64,000 nt of DNA from an uncultured Flavobacteriales bacterium (lineage in GTDB: Bacteria > Bacteroidota > Bacteroidia > Flavobacteriales_F > PHOS-HE28). Position 1 is the first letter of the stretch. Each line of letters opens with the position of its first letter. Under the pieces are notes generated by a model. It was not told the DNA's origin and made no database searches. It worked only from the letters and a program-made list of their open reading frames with translations. The stretch lies in contig CAVPLQ010000002.1 in NCBI GenBank assembly GCA_963706125.1, positions 208,254-272,253 of the forward strand, written 5' to 3'. A program made the translations under genes and the position numbers. This document shows positions 54,244 through 64,000 of the stretch, piece by piece.

Positions 54244-57200
54244 ATGAAGAAGTTTTTTACCCTGCGTTCAATTGCTAAGAGTTCTGCTGCGGCCCTTAGT
54301 CTCTGCATGCTCGGCACTGCACCACTCGCGGTGAATGCTCAGCTGAATGTGGCCGCGACCAGTACTGCGTACACCATCAATTTCGGAGCGACGCTGGCTG
54401 GTGTACAGAATGGTGCATTCACTGGTGCTGGATTCCAAGCTACGCCTACTTCCGGACAATTGGATTCTGATGCATGGGCGTTGACAGGATGGGTCTGACG
54501 GCGCTTTGGCATTTGGAGGGACCAACACGGCTGGCGACTACGCCCGTGGAGCGTCTGCGGTGGCAGTTGGTACAGGTGGTATGTACAACTTTTCTGCATC
54601 TCCGATAACCGCCCCTTCACTTGGCTTTCAGCCCGGAGGATCGGACTGGGCGCCGGGCACAATTACGTTGAGGGTTCAGAACACCACCGGTGCCGACATC
54701 ACCTCTTTCGACGTAGCATACAAGTTGTACGTGAGGAATGATCAGCCACGAGCGAATTCGTTCAACTTTTCGTACTCCTCGGATAATTCCACCTACACCT
54801 CAGTCAGTGCATTGGATTATTCCTCGGCTGCGGCCCTAGACGCGCTCGGGTTCGTGCTGAACAACAGGTCAACGACGATCACGGGTCTAAGCATCGCGAA
54901 CAACGCCTATTTCTATATCCGTTGGTCTGGAGCGGATGTTTCTGGCTCCGGGAGCCGTGATGAATTCGCGTTGGATGATATTGTTGTTACGGGCTATGCA
55001 CCACCTGCAACTCCCACGATCACCTCGTTCTCATCCTCGAACGGCTGCGTTGGTTCATCGCTCACGATCAACGGCACCAATTTGTCGGGAGCCTCAGTGG
55101 TGACCATTGGTGGGACAGCGGCAACGATCACGGGCAATACGGCTACTACCGTCACGGTAACAGTGGGAAGCGGTACGACAGGTGTGGTTGTCGTCACGTG
55201 TACTGCAGGTGTGGTTTCGAGTTCCGGGGGGTGGGCAATTTTACTGTCGTTCAACCTCCTACAACCGCCACGGTGGGAGGTGCACAGACGATCTGCGCAT
55301 CGGGTATCACAATGAGTCTAGGAGGCAACACGCCTACGGATGGCACAGGAGCATGGAGCGTAGTGAGCGGCGGCACGGGCACCTTCAGTGCTATCCGGTA
55401 GCGGCAGTTCTACGTTCACCCATCTCACTGGAGCCGGTCCTGTTGTGGTTCGTTGGACGATCAGCAATGCACCCTGCACGGCCTCGACCGCGGATGTCAG
55501 TAAATTACGATCACACCTGCGGTAACACCGAGCGTGGCCATCGCTATTACCTCGGGCACCAACCCGACCTGCCCTGGAGCGAGCGTCACCTTTACGGCAA
55601 CGCCTACGAACGGCGGCAAACTCCCACCTACCAGTGGACCAAGAACGGCACCAACATTTCCGGCGAAACGAGCGTGGCCTACACCGGCACTGCGGATACG
55701 GACTTCGTGAACGGCGATCTGATCCGTGTGGTGATGACCTCCACGGAGACATGTGCATCGCCCACCACGGCAACATCATCACCGATCACCATGACGGTTG
55801 CGGCATCGGTGACACCGAAGCGTGACCATCGCCATCACTTCGGGCTCCAACCCGACTTGCCCTGGAGCTAGTATCACCTTTACCGCAACGCCCACGAACG
55901 GTGGTACGCCCACCTACCAGTGGACCAACAACGGTACGAACATCTCAGGCGAAACAAGTGTGACCTACACTGGCATAGCTGACACGGACTTTGTGAACGG
56001 CGATCTGATCCGTGTGGTGATGACCTCCACAAATCCATGTGCGTCGCCCACCACAGCAACATCGTCACCGATCACCATGACGGTTGCCGGGACTGTGACC
56101 CGCGAGCTCGTGGCTATCGCCATCACTTCGGGCACCAACCCGACCTGCTCCGGCGGCAGCATCACCTTTACAGCAACACCCACGAACGGTGGTACACCCA
56201 CCTATCAGTGGACCAACAACGGCACCAACATCTCCGGTGAAACGAGCGTGACCTACACCGGCACTGCGGATACGGACTTTGTGAATGGCGACCGATCCGT
56301 GTGGTGATGACCTCCACGAACCCATGTGCATCGCCTACCACAGCAACATCGTCACCGATCACCATGACAGTTACTGCGTTGGTGACGCCGAGCGTGGCTA
56401 TCGCTATTACTTCAGGCACCAACCCGACCTGCTCCGGCGGCAGCATCACCTTTACAGCAACACCCACGAACGGTGGTACACCCACCTACCAGTGGACCAA
56501 CAACGGCACGAACATCTCCGGTGAAACGAGCGTGACCTACACCGGCACTGCGGATACTGACTTCGTGAACGGCGATCTGATCCGTGCTGGTAATGACGTC
56601 CACGGCCACCTGTGCATCGCCCACCACTGCAACATCATCACCGATCACCATGACGGTTACCGCGTTGGTGACACCGAGCGTGGCCATCGCTATTACCTCG
56701 GGCACCAACCCGACCTGCCCTGGAGCGAGCGTCACCTTTACAGCAACACCCACGAACGGTGGTACACCCACCTACCAGTGGACCAACAACGGCACTAACA
56801 TCTCCGGTGAAACGAGCGTGACCTACACCGGTACTGCGGATACGGACTTCGTGAACGGCGATCTCTTGATCCGTGTGGAAATGTCGTCCACGGCCACCTG
56901 TGCATCGCCCACCACTGCAACATCATCACCGATCACCATGACGGTGAACGCCTTGGTAACACCGAGCGTTGCCATCGCTATCACTTCGGGCACCAACCCG
57001 GCTTGTTCTGGCGGCAGCGTCACCTTTACGGCAACGCCCACGAACGGTGGTACACCCACCTACCAGTGGACCAAGAACGGCACCAACATCTCTGGTGCAA
57101 CGAGCGTGACCTACACCGGTACTGCGGATACGGACTTCATTGATGGCGATCTGATCCGTGTGGTAATGACCTCCACGGCCGCATGCGCATCGCCCACCAC

Positions 57201-60200
57201 GGCAACATCATCGCCGATCACCATGACTGTAGGTGTCACAGCTCCTGTGGCTGCGGCTGCGAGCGGTGTGAGTTCGGCCGGTTTCACGGCGAACTGGGGG
57301 CATCGGCCGGCGCGACGGATTATCGTTTGGATGTGTACACCAAGACCACGGTCACGTTGGCCCGGACCTCTTCATCTCCGAATACGTGGAGGGCAACAGC
57401 AATAACAAGTACATCGAGATCTACAATGGCACCGGCGCTTCGGTGGACTTGAGCGACTATGAGTTGCAGATCTTTGTCAATGGGGCGAGTTCAGCGCTTC
57501 AACTACCGATTCGATCAGTCGGCACCTTGGCGAATAGTGCGACCATCGTATATCAGAACAGCAGCGCATCGTCATACGGCGGAGCAGCGACGTCCGAGAG
57601 TTCAGGGTGAACTTCAATGGCGACGATGCCGTCGGCTTGTACAAAGTATCGACCACCAGCTATGTGGACATTTTCGGCGAGATCGGCAATGACCCAGGAT
57701 CGGGAGCAATGGAGCGGAGGAGGAAATACCACGCAGAACGAGACCTTGGTGCGCAAGGCCAATGTGACCGGCGGTGTTACGGTGAACCCAACAGGTTTCG
57801 GATTCCCGACGTTTGCAAGTGAGTGGACGAGCTACACCATGAGGATGTGAGCCATCTGGGCGCACACACCTTCAATGCGCTCATGCTCAACTACGTGACC
57901 GGATACAACGATCTCACCGTTGCCGGGCACTTTCCCAGTGGTGACCGGATTATCGCCGGCCACCACCTACTATTATGTGGTGCGCGCTGTAGCCGGTGCG
58001 TGTACCTCGGCGGACAGCAATGAGATCACAGTGATGACCACTCCGGCACTATTACAGCCGCGCGAACGGCAACGTGACGGACAAGATCTGGAGAATACCA
58101 CCGGCGGTGCCGCCGGAGCCGCGGTTTGGACCAGCGGATCCAGCATGGTGGTGCAAGCCGGAAATACGGTGACCAACACCGCCAATGTGAGCCTGAACGC
58201 CGTGACGGTGGATGCCACCGGCACATTGGTGCTGAATGCCACCACCAGTTTCAATGTCCACGGTGATGCCGACTTCAGCGGCACCTCTCACCGCCAACGA
58301 CAACAGCACCTTGGCGATGCTCGGCACCGGCGGCGTGGTGCTCACCAGCACCAACACCTTGGACCTCTTCAACCTCACCGCGGACGTGCCGAGCGACCTG
58401 CTCACCGATGCCACCATCGAGGACAACAGCACCTTGGCGTTGCTCGGAACCGGCGGTGTGGTGCTCACCAGCACCAACACCTTGGACCTCTTCAACCTCA
58501 CCGCGGACGTGCCGAGCGACCTGCTCACCGATGCCACCATCGAGAATCCGGGGGACGCTTTCCCTGCAAGATGGCGATTTCGAGGTGGACCCACTGGGCT
58601 CTTTAACGCTCACCAGCACCGCGACCGGCACGGGCCGTTTGGATTCCGTGGCCGCCACCGCCAGCTACACCGGCAACATGACCGTGCAGCGCTACATCCC
58701 GGCAGGGGCCACCAACTGGCGTTTCTTAGGCAGTGCCGTGGCCGGCCCAACGGTGAACAACTGGCAGGACGACTTCATCACGGCGGGCTACCCCGGTTCG
58801 CAGCATCCCAACTTCGACGACCCCGTGGGCAGCGGCATCCTGTGGCCCAGCATCCGCTACTACGATGAGACCGACACCTATGCCGATGCCGATACCGGTA
58901 TCGTGGGCGTCACGAGCAACACCCAGGCACTCACCGTGGGCCAAGGCTTTCTGGCTTGGAGCGGTGACAACTTCAACACCACCGCAGCCTTCACCGTGGA
59001 CGTGACCGGTACGCCCACCATCGCCAGCACGGCCATCACCCTGCCCATGAGCTATTCCACCTCAGGCACCAACAGTGAAGACGGCTGGAACTTAGTGAGC
59101 AACCCGTTGCCCAGCGCCATCGCGTTCGACTCCATCAGCCGCGGCAGTGACGTGCCCGACCAGTATTGGATCTTCGATCCCGTTTCAGGCACGCACAAGA
59201 CCTATTCCGCCGGCGTCGGCCAAGATGGCGCCAATGGCAAGATCCAGAGCAGCCAAGCCTTCTGGCTGAAGGCGAACGGCACCAACGTCACCACCACGGT
59301 GAGCGAGGCCGACAAGGTGAGCGACCTCACCGGTGGCGTGTTCGGCGGAAGCCAGCAGGCCGTGCGGCCCATCCTGCGCCTCACCGTGGCCAGTGCCATC
59401 AACGCCTTCAGCGATGAGGCCACCTTCGTCTTTGACCAAGGCACCCCGGGCATCGATGCCGTGGACGCGCCCAAGTTCAGCTTCCGCACCATCGGCGCAC
59501 CGCAAGTGGCTGCACAAGCTGCCAGCGGCGAGAAACTGGCCATCAACTTCTTCGGCGCCTACACCACGGACATCAGCATCCCGGTGATGGTGGACGTGGA
59601 CGTGACCGGCACCTACACCATCAGTGCAGGGATCACCGGCATGCAGGATCTCAGCTGCCTGAGCTTGGAGGACCTTGCGACCGGCACCATCACCCCGCTC
59701 ACCGACGGCGCCAGCTACAGTTTCACGGCCAACGCCGACGATAACGTGGACAGCCCGCGCTTCATCCTGCATGGTACAGCACCCTTGCCGTTCTATGCCG
59801 AGAACGCGACCTGTGCCAACACGCCCAACGGTACCGCCACGGTGGTGGTGGCCAACGGGCCGGTGGACATCATTTGGGCGGACGCTTTTGGCAATATCCT
59901 TTTGACCCAGAACGGAGTTGAGAACGGTGTGGCCATCAACAACGAACTCGGCGCGGGCAACTACACCGTGCGCGTCTCCCCCATCGGGGCCTGCGGCGAG
60001 GTCTATTCGGACTTCAGCATTGAGGCGCCAGCAGCGATCGAAGGCAGCGAGACCGCCAGCACCGCCACCTCCTGCCCCAACGGCACCGACGGTTCCGTCA
60101 ATATTGAAGCGACCGGCGGCACCGGCGAACTGGGCTACATCTGGAATGATGGCACCATCGGCACCACCTTCAACGGGGCGGCCGGCGAGCACCAGGTCAC

Positions 60201-60756
60201 CATCACCGATGAAACCGGATGCGCCACCACGGAGAGTTACACGGTACCTGCGGGCGAAGGCGCCATCGCGGGCTTCACCAACGGGCAGGCCGTGGAGGAC
60301 CAGCCGGTGGTCTTCACCAACACCAGCACCAGCAGTGACGCTTGGACCTGGGACTTCGGTGACGGAAACTCCAGCACAGAAATGGACCCCGTACACATCT
60401 ATGCGGAGCCCGGCACCTACACGGTGACACTCACCGCCGAGGACGGCAACTGCACGGACGTCATCACCCAGGAGGTCACCGTGGACATGGCCACGGCCAT
60501 TGCCCCAGTGAGCACCACCGCCACGCTGAACGTCTACGCCACGCAACAGCAGTTGGTGATCGACCATCCCTTCGGGAATGCACCGGTGGACGTGACCGTG
60601 TTCGATGCCACGGGACGCCTTGCGATGGGCCGTGAGCACATCGTGACGCCGGAACGCATCACGTTGTCCGACCGCGAACTGGGCACCGGCGTCTGGTTCG
60701 TGCGCGTGAAGAGCGGCAAGACCGAACGCACCTTCCGCGTGCCGCTGATCCGTTGA
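54244..60756 (+). CDS. Large multidomain T9SS type A substrate (IPT/Ig repeats, lamin-tail domain, FN3, SprB-like, PKD, CTD) broken by many frameshifts; assembly error or pseudogene
   Basis: MKKFF signal peptide; successive ORF fragments join across frames (EGNSNNKYIEIYNGTG LTD motif, GLSPATTYYYVVRA FN3); intact 3' part TVQRYIP...GWNLVSNP...WDFGDG...GVWFVRV..RVPLIR. Confidence 0.75.
55520..57232 (+). repeat. Six near-identical ~285-bp (95-aa Ig-like) intragenic tandem repeats
   Basis: Unit VTPSVAIAITSGTNPTC.G.S.TFTATPTNGGTPTYQWT.NGTNISGETSVTYTGTADTDFVNGDLIRVVMTST..CASPTTATSSPITMTV starts near 55520, 55805, 56090, 56376, 56662, 56950. Confidence 0.88.
58299..58544 (+). repeat. 123-bp tandem duplication (41 aa) in the large T9SS gene
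   Basis: gacaacagcaccttggcg...gatgccaccatcgag at 58299-58421 and 58422-58544, few substitutions. Confidence 0.85.
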
Positions 60757-60777
60757 TCATATTCTTCTTTCCCATGG

Positions 60778-60807
60778 AAAGGGCTGCCTCTCGGGGCGGC
60801 CCTTTTT
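60778..60807 (+). terminator. Rho-independent terminator
   Basis: aaagggctgcc-tctcgg-ggcggcccttt then T run. Confidence 0.8.
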
Positions 60808-61103
60808 GTTACCGCAGATCGAAGTGAAGGAAAAACCGCAGAGCACGCAGGACCTGTTCCGCCATAGCGGAATGGCGCAGATGAAGGGCCGGAATGCCGT
60901 CGTTCTGCATTTCGTTGCGCTCGTTGCGTGCGTCGCGGTCCCCCCGTCGCGGCAAGGATCTTGGGAGCCAGCCCCCATCTGCGGAAATCTGCGGTCAGCA
61001 CCTTCAGCGGCAGGGATCTCATCAGTGTGACAGCCCTCATCCGCCATACCGAAAAACCTTCCTATTGTTGCCGATCCTTTCAAGCCATTAACCATTCACC
61101 TTC

Positions 61104-62918
61104 ATGAAGATCCGCTCCCATTCGCTGCTTTCCGCCCTGGTGCTCAGCGCGTCGCTTGCCCTGACACCGGCATCCGCCCAAGAGTGGCATCCCGTAGGCA
61201 CCGGTACCGCTACCAACGGTGCCAATGGTGTACCCTGTCCGTTCGGTGATATCTACGCCGGCCAACGTGCCCAGTACATCTACCTCGCCTCAGAGCTTTC
61301 CGCCGCAGGTCTCACGGCCGGAGACGCCATCGTGCGTTTGCGGTGGGTGGTCACGGCGTTGAACGGCTCGGGCATGCACGAGAATTATACACTGCGTATC
61401 GGAAGCACCACGGCCACTTCGCTCAGCGCCTTCCTGGGCACGCCCACCGGTGCCGTCACCACGCCGAAGGATCACCAGCCGGTCCTAGGCAACAACGACT
61501 TCACGCTCAACACGCCGTTTATCTGGAACGGCACCAGCAACCTGTTAGTGGAGGTCACCCATTTCAGCCCCACCTATGGAACAGCCTCGGCCAACGCATC
61601 GGTCGCTTTCACCAGTACCGCACCGGTAAAGCGAAGCTATTCCCTGCTGGACGACCTGCTATACACCGCCGGCCAATTGGAACCGCTATCCGGTGAAACG
61701 CTGAACTCCACCGCCCTGCCCAATATCGTGCTGGGCGTGGCCGAGGTTTGCACACCGCTCACCGCTACGGGACTTTCCGTTTGCGTGAGCGATACCGTTC
61801 CTGCCGGCTCGGGTGTTTCCGTGGAAGGCTGCACCGAAGCGCTCGGTGGAAGGTTTACGGCGGTGTACAACTTCCCGGGAACCAACCTCGAATGCACCGG
61901 GGCTGAATACGTGCTTCGCGCTTCCATCACCCTGCCCCCGTTGCCCGACGGCGCCGTAGTGCAGGCAGGCCGCCTCATCCTCACCAACGTGCAAGCACCG
62001 GACCCGGTGTGGATGAGCGACCTCTTCATCAACCTCACCGGCAGCATTGCAGGAGAGATCCAGTTGATGCCGAACCATGAGCAGTATTCCGGGACGGTAC
62101 CCGAACTGATCGTTCCCATGACGGGACCCTACGAAACCGGCGTGGCGCAACTCCAAACCAAAAGCACCTACGGTACAGGCTACATCGGCTCGGCACGTGT
62201 TGAGTTCGACTATCTCCTGCCCACTCCCTTCTGGTACGATGCGCCCAACGGTGGCAACATGTTAGCCTATGGCAATTCCACACTGGATCCCGTAGCTGAA
62301 GGGTTAGCCAGCACGGATGCTCCAGATGTTACCACACTGTATGTGGATTGCGGGGTCTCCTCCACCGTCTGCAACAGCGGCGGTCGCACACCGGTGGACT
62401 TCACGGTGTTGGCCGAGCCCCTACCAAGCTTTATCGCGGATACTGCCGAAGTGGTCGCGGGGATCGCCACGACCTTTTCCTACACCGGCAGCACCGCCAC
62501 GAGCTATCTCTGGGACTTCGGCGATGGCAATACCAGCACCGCCATGGACCCCACACAGGTTTGGGCCGTGCCCGGCACTTACACCGTCCTCCTCACGGTG
62601 GACAACGGTGCCTGCGAAGCCACGTTCAGCATGGACGTGACGGTGGACGTGAACACCGGCATGAGCGCCGTTGATGGACTTGAGGACATGAACGTGTTCG
62701 CCACCGCTGCATCGATCATCATCGAGCATGGCTTCGGCACGGCGCCTGTGCGCGTGGAGGTGCTCGATGCCCTGGGCCGCACGGTGATCGACCGCGATAA
62801 CATCCGGATCTCCGGGCGGATCAGCCTGCCTACGGAGGAGTTGAGCACTGGCGTGTGGTTCGTACGCGTGAATAGAGGCGATGCTCAGCGTACGTTCCGC
62901 GTGCCGCTGGTGCATTGA
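61104..62918 (+). CDS. T9SS type A substrate with Ig-like and PKD domains (604 aa)
   Basis: Signal peptide (ASA/Q), RAQYIYLASEL, WYDAPNGG, YLWDFGDG, CTD LSTGVWFVRV...RTFRVPLVH. Confidence 0.85.
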   Translation: MKIRSHSLLSALVLSASLALTPASAQEWHPVGTGTATNGANGVPCPFGDIYAGQRAQYIYLASELSAAGLTAGDAIVRLRWVVTALNGSGMHENYTLRIGSTTATSLSAFLGTPTGAVTTPKDHQPVLGNNDFTLNTPFIWNGTSNLLVEVTHFSPTYGTASANASVAFTSTAPVKRSYSLLDDLLYTAGQLEPLSGETLNSTALPNIVLGVAEVCTPLTATGLSVCVSDTVPAGSGVSVEGCTEALGGRFTAVYNFPGTNLECTGAEYVLRASITLPPLPDGAVVQAGRLILTNVQAPDPVWMSDLFINLTGSIAGEIQLMPNHEQYSGTVPELIVPMTGPYETGVAQLQTKSTYGTGYIGSARVEFDYLLPTPFWYDAPNGGNMLAYGNSTLDPVAEGLASTDAPDVTTLYVDCGVSSTVCNSGGRTPVDFTVLAEPLPSFIADTAEVVAGIATTFSYTGSTATSYLWDFGDGNTSTAMDPTQVWAVPGTYTVLLTVDNGACEATFSMDVTVDVNTGMSAVDGLEDMNVFATAASIIIEHGFGTAPVRVEVLDALGRTVIDRDNIRISGRISLPTEELSTGVWFVRVNRGDAQRTFRVPLVH

Positions 62919-62939
62919 TCTTGTTGAGGCATTCCGCTG

Positions 62940-62968
62940 AAAGGGCTGCCTCTTGGGGCGGCCCTTTT
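62940..62968 (+). terminator. Rho-independent terminator, near-identical to that at 60778
   Basis: aaagggctgcc-tcttgg-ggcggccctttt. Confidence 0.8.
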
Positions 62969-63076
62969 GGGTTTACCGCAGATCGAAGTGAAGGGATAAT
63001 CCGCAGATCGCGCAGATAGCCGCAGATGAAGGGCCGGAGGTACCGGTCAAGTGGTTAACCACAACGAACGCAACGG

Positions 63077-63111
63077 CCTCAACCCCGGCCCCTTCTCCCG
63101 GGGAGAAGGGG
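63077..63111. repeat. REP-like palindrome
   Basis: cctcaaccccggccccttctcccggggagaagggg; stem ccccttctcc/ggagaagggg. Confidence 0.7.
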
Positions 63112-63267
63112 TGACTGAACTTGCTTGTTCAGCGCGGCTTTCTTGTTCGGTGGTATTTGCTGGGCGGCCTCAATACGGCCTTGATCGCTAATACGCTTTG
63201 GCGCTACAACGCCTGACCACGGGTCAAGGCCCGGGCAGGCGGAGAACCAACAACTGACAACTAAACC

Positions 63268-64000
63268 TCACCTCACCTCACTCCCCGAAGGTACCTCCTC
63301 CGAAGGCTGCACAAAGCGCAATCGCCCCTCAGAGTCCTCCGCCATCAGCACCATGCCTTGGCTTTCCACACCGCGCATTTTGCGGGGTTCGAGGTTGCAG
63401 AGCAGGAGCACTTGTTTTCCGGGCAGTTGTTCGGGCGTAATGTGCTGCGCAATGCCGCTGACGATGGTGCGCGGCTCCGCTTCGCCGATGTCGATGGCGA
63501 GTTTTAGGAGCTTATCCGCCTTGGGCACCCGCTCCGCCGCTGTGATGGTGCCGATGCGCAGATCAAGCTTGGTAAATTCGTCGAAGGTGATCGTCGGCTT
63601 GGCGGTTTTGGGCGCAGCGGCGGCTTTCGGTTCTTCGGGCTTTTGGTCCATGGGCGCGTTGGCTTTCAGGCGTTCCACTTCGGCGGCGATCTCCGCGTCG
63701 GTGATGGGTTTGAAGAGGTGCTCCGGCTTGCCGAGCTGCGCGCCCGGAACGACGAGACCATCACGGAGCGCATCGGACCACTTGAGGCCGCCGAGGCCGA
63801 GCATGGTGCGCAGCTTTTGTGCGGTAAAGGGCAGGAACGGCTCCAGCACTACGCTGAGCGCGGCGGAGATCCGCAAGCCGTTGAAGAGCACGGTGCGCAC
63901 GCGGTCCGGGTCGGTCTTCTCCAGCTTCCACGGCTCGGTGTCCGTGAGGTATTTGTTGCCTAAGCGCGCGGCGTTCATGGCCGTCGCCAGCGCATCGCGG
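63268..64000 (-). CDS. metG: Methionine--tRNA ligase, 3' part (continues beyond window)
   Basis: GNKYL..TEPWKL, PFLPFTA anticodon-binding region; C-terminal tRNA-binding OB fold FTKLDLRIG...ADKLL...RTIVSGIA...NLEPRKMRGVESQGMVL. Confidence 0.93.
   Translation of the reverse strand, partial: RDALATAMNAARLGNKYLTDTEPWKLEKTDPDRVRTVLFNGLRISAALSVVLEPFLPFTAQKLRTMLGLGGLKWSDALRDGLVVPGAQLGKPEHLFKPITDAEIAAEVERLKANAPMDQKPEEPKAAAAPKTAKPTITFDEFTKLDLRIGTITAAERVPKADKLLKLAIDIGEAEPRTIVSGIAQHITPEQLPGKQVLLLCNLEPRKMRGVESQGMVLMAEDSEGRLRFVQPSEEVPSGSEVR

Noticed and set aside
55520-57232. CRISPR array or diversity-generating retroelement repeats
   Set aside because: Units are ~285-bp coding repeats without spacers; no cas or reverse transcriptase gene and no evident adenine-specific variation

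Overview
GC-rich Bacteroidota (Flavobacteriales-like) chromosomal window, judged from T9SS substrates, PorP/SprF genes and TAnnTTTG promoters. Left end: housekeeping and metabolic genes (trhO, hmgA, hppD, aspS, a nucleoside deaminase, an MtfA-like peptidase). 8.4-23.4 kb: a minus-strand module of a LytS-type beta-propeller sensor kinase, a LytTR regulator, an uncharacterised outer-membrane beta-barrel, a 2328-aa TANFOR-like beta-rich exported protein and a 720-aa FN3 protein; none of the last three has a T9SS CTD, making this the best candidate for an uncharacterised export or surface-assembly system. Next come tRNA-Gln, a DUF2723 GT-C glycosyltransferase, a 161-bp IS5-type MITE and a polysaccharide deacetylase. 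28-52 kb: three tandem type-B-CTD adhesin/PorP-SprF pairs ending in a PorE-like OmpA protein. Right end: tRNA-Arg, two small genes, a heavily frameshifted T9SS protein with six ~285-bp repeats, a second T9SS/PKD protein with a related 3' cassette, and the 3' part of metG. Several families of small palindromic repeats occur, one apparently inserted in frame inside aspS. Single-base indels in aspS and a porP gene suggest residual assembly errors. All family assignments are from motif recognition by eye; no database search was run.
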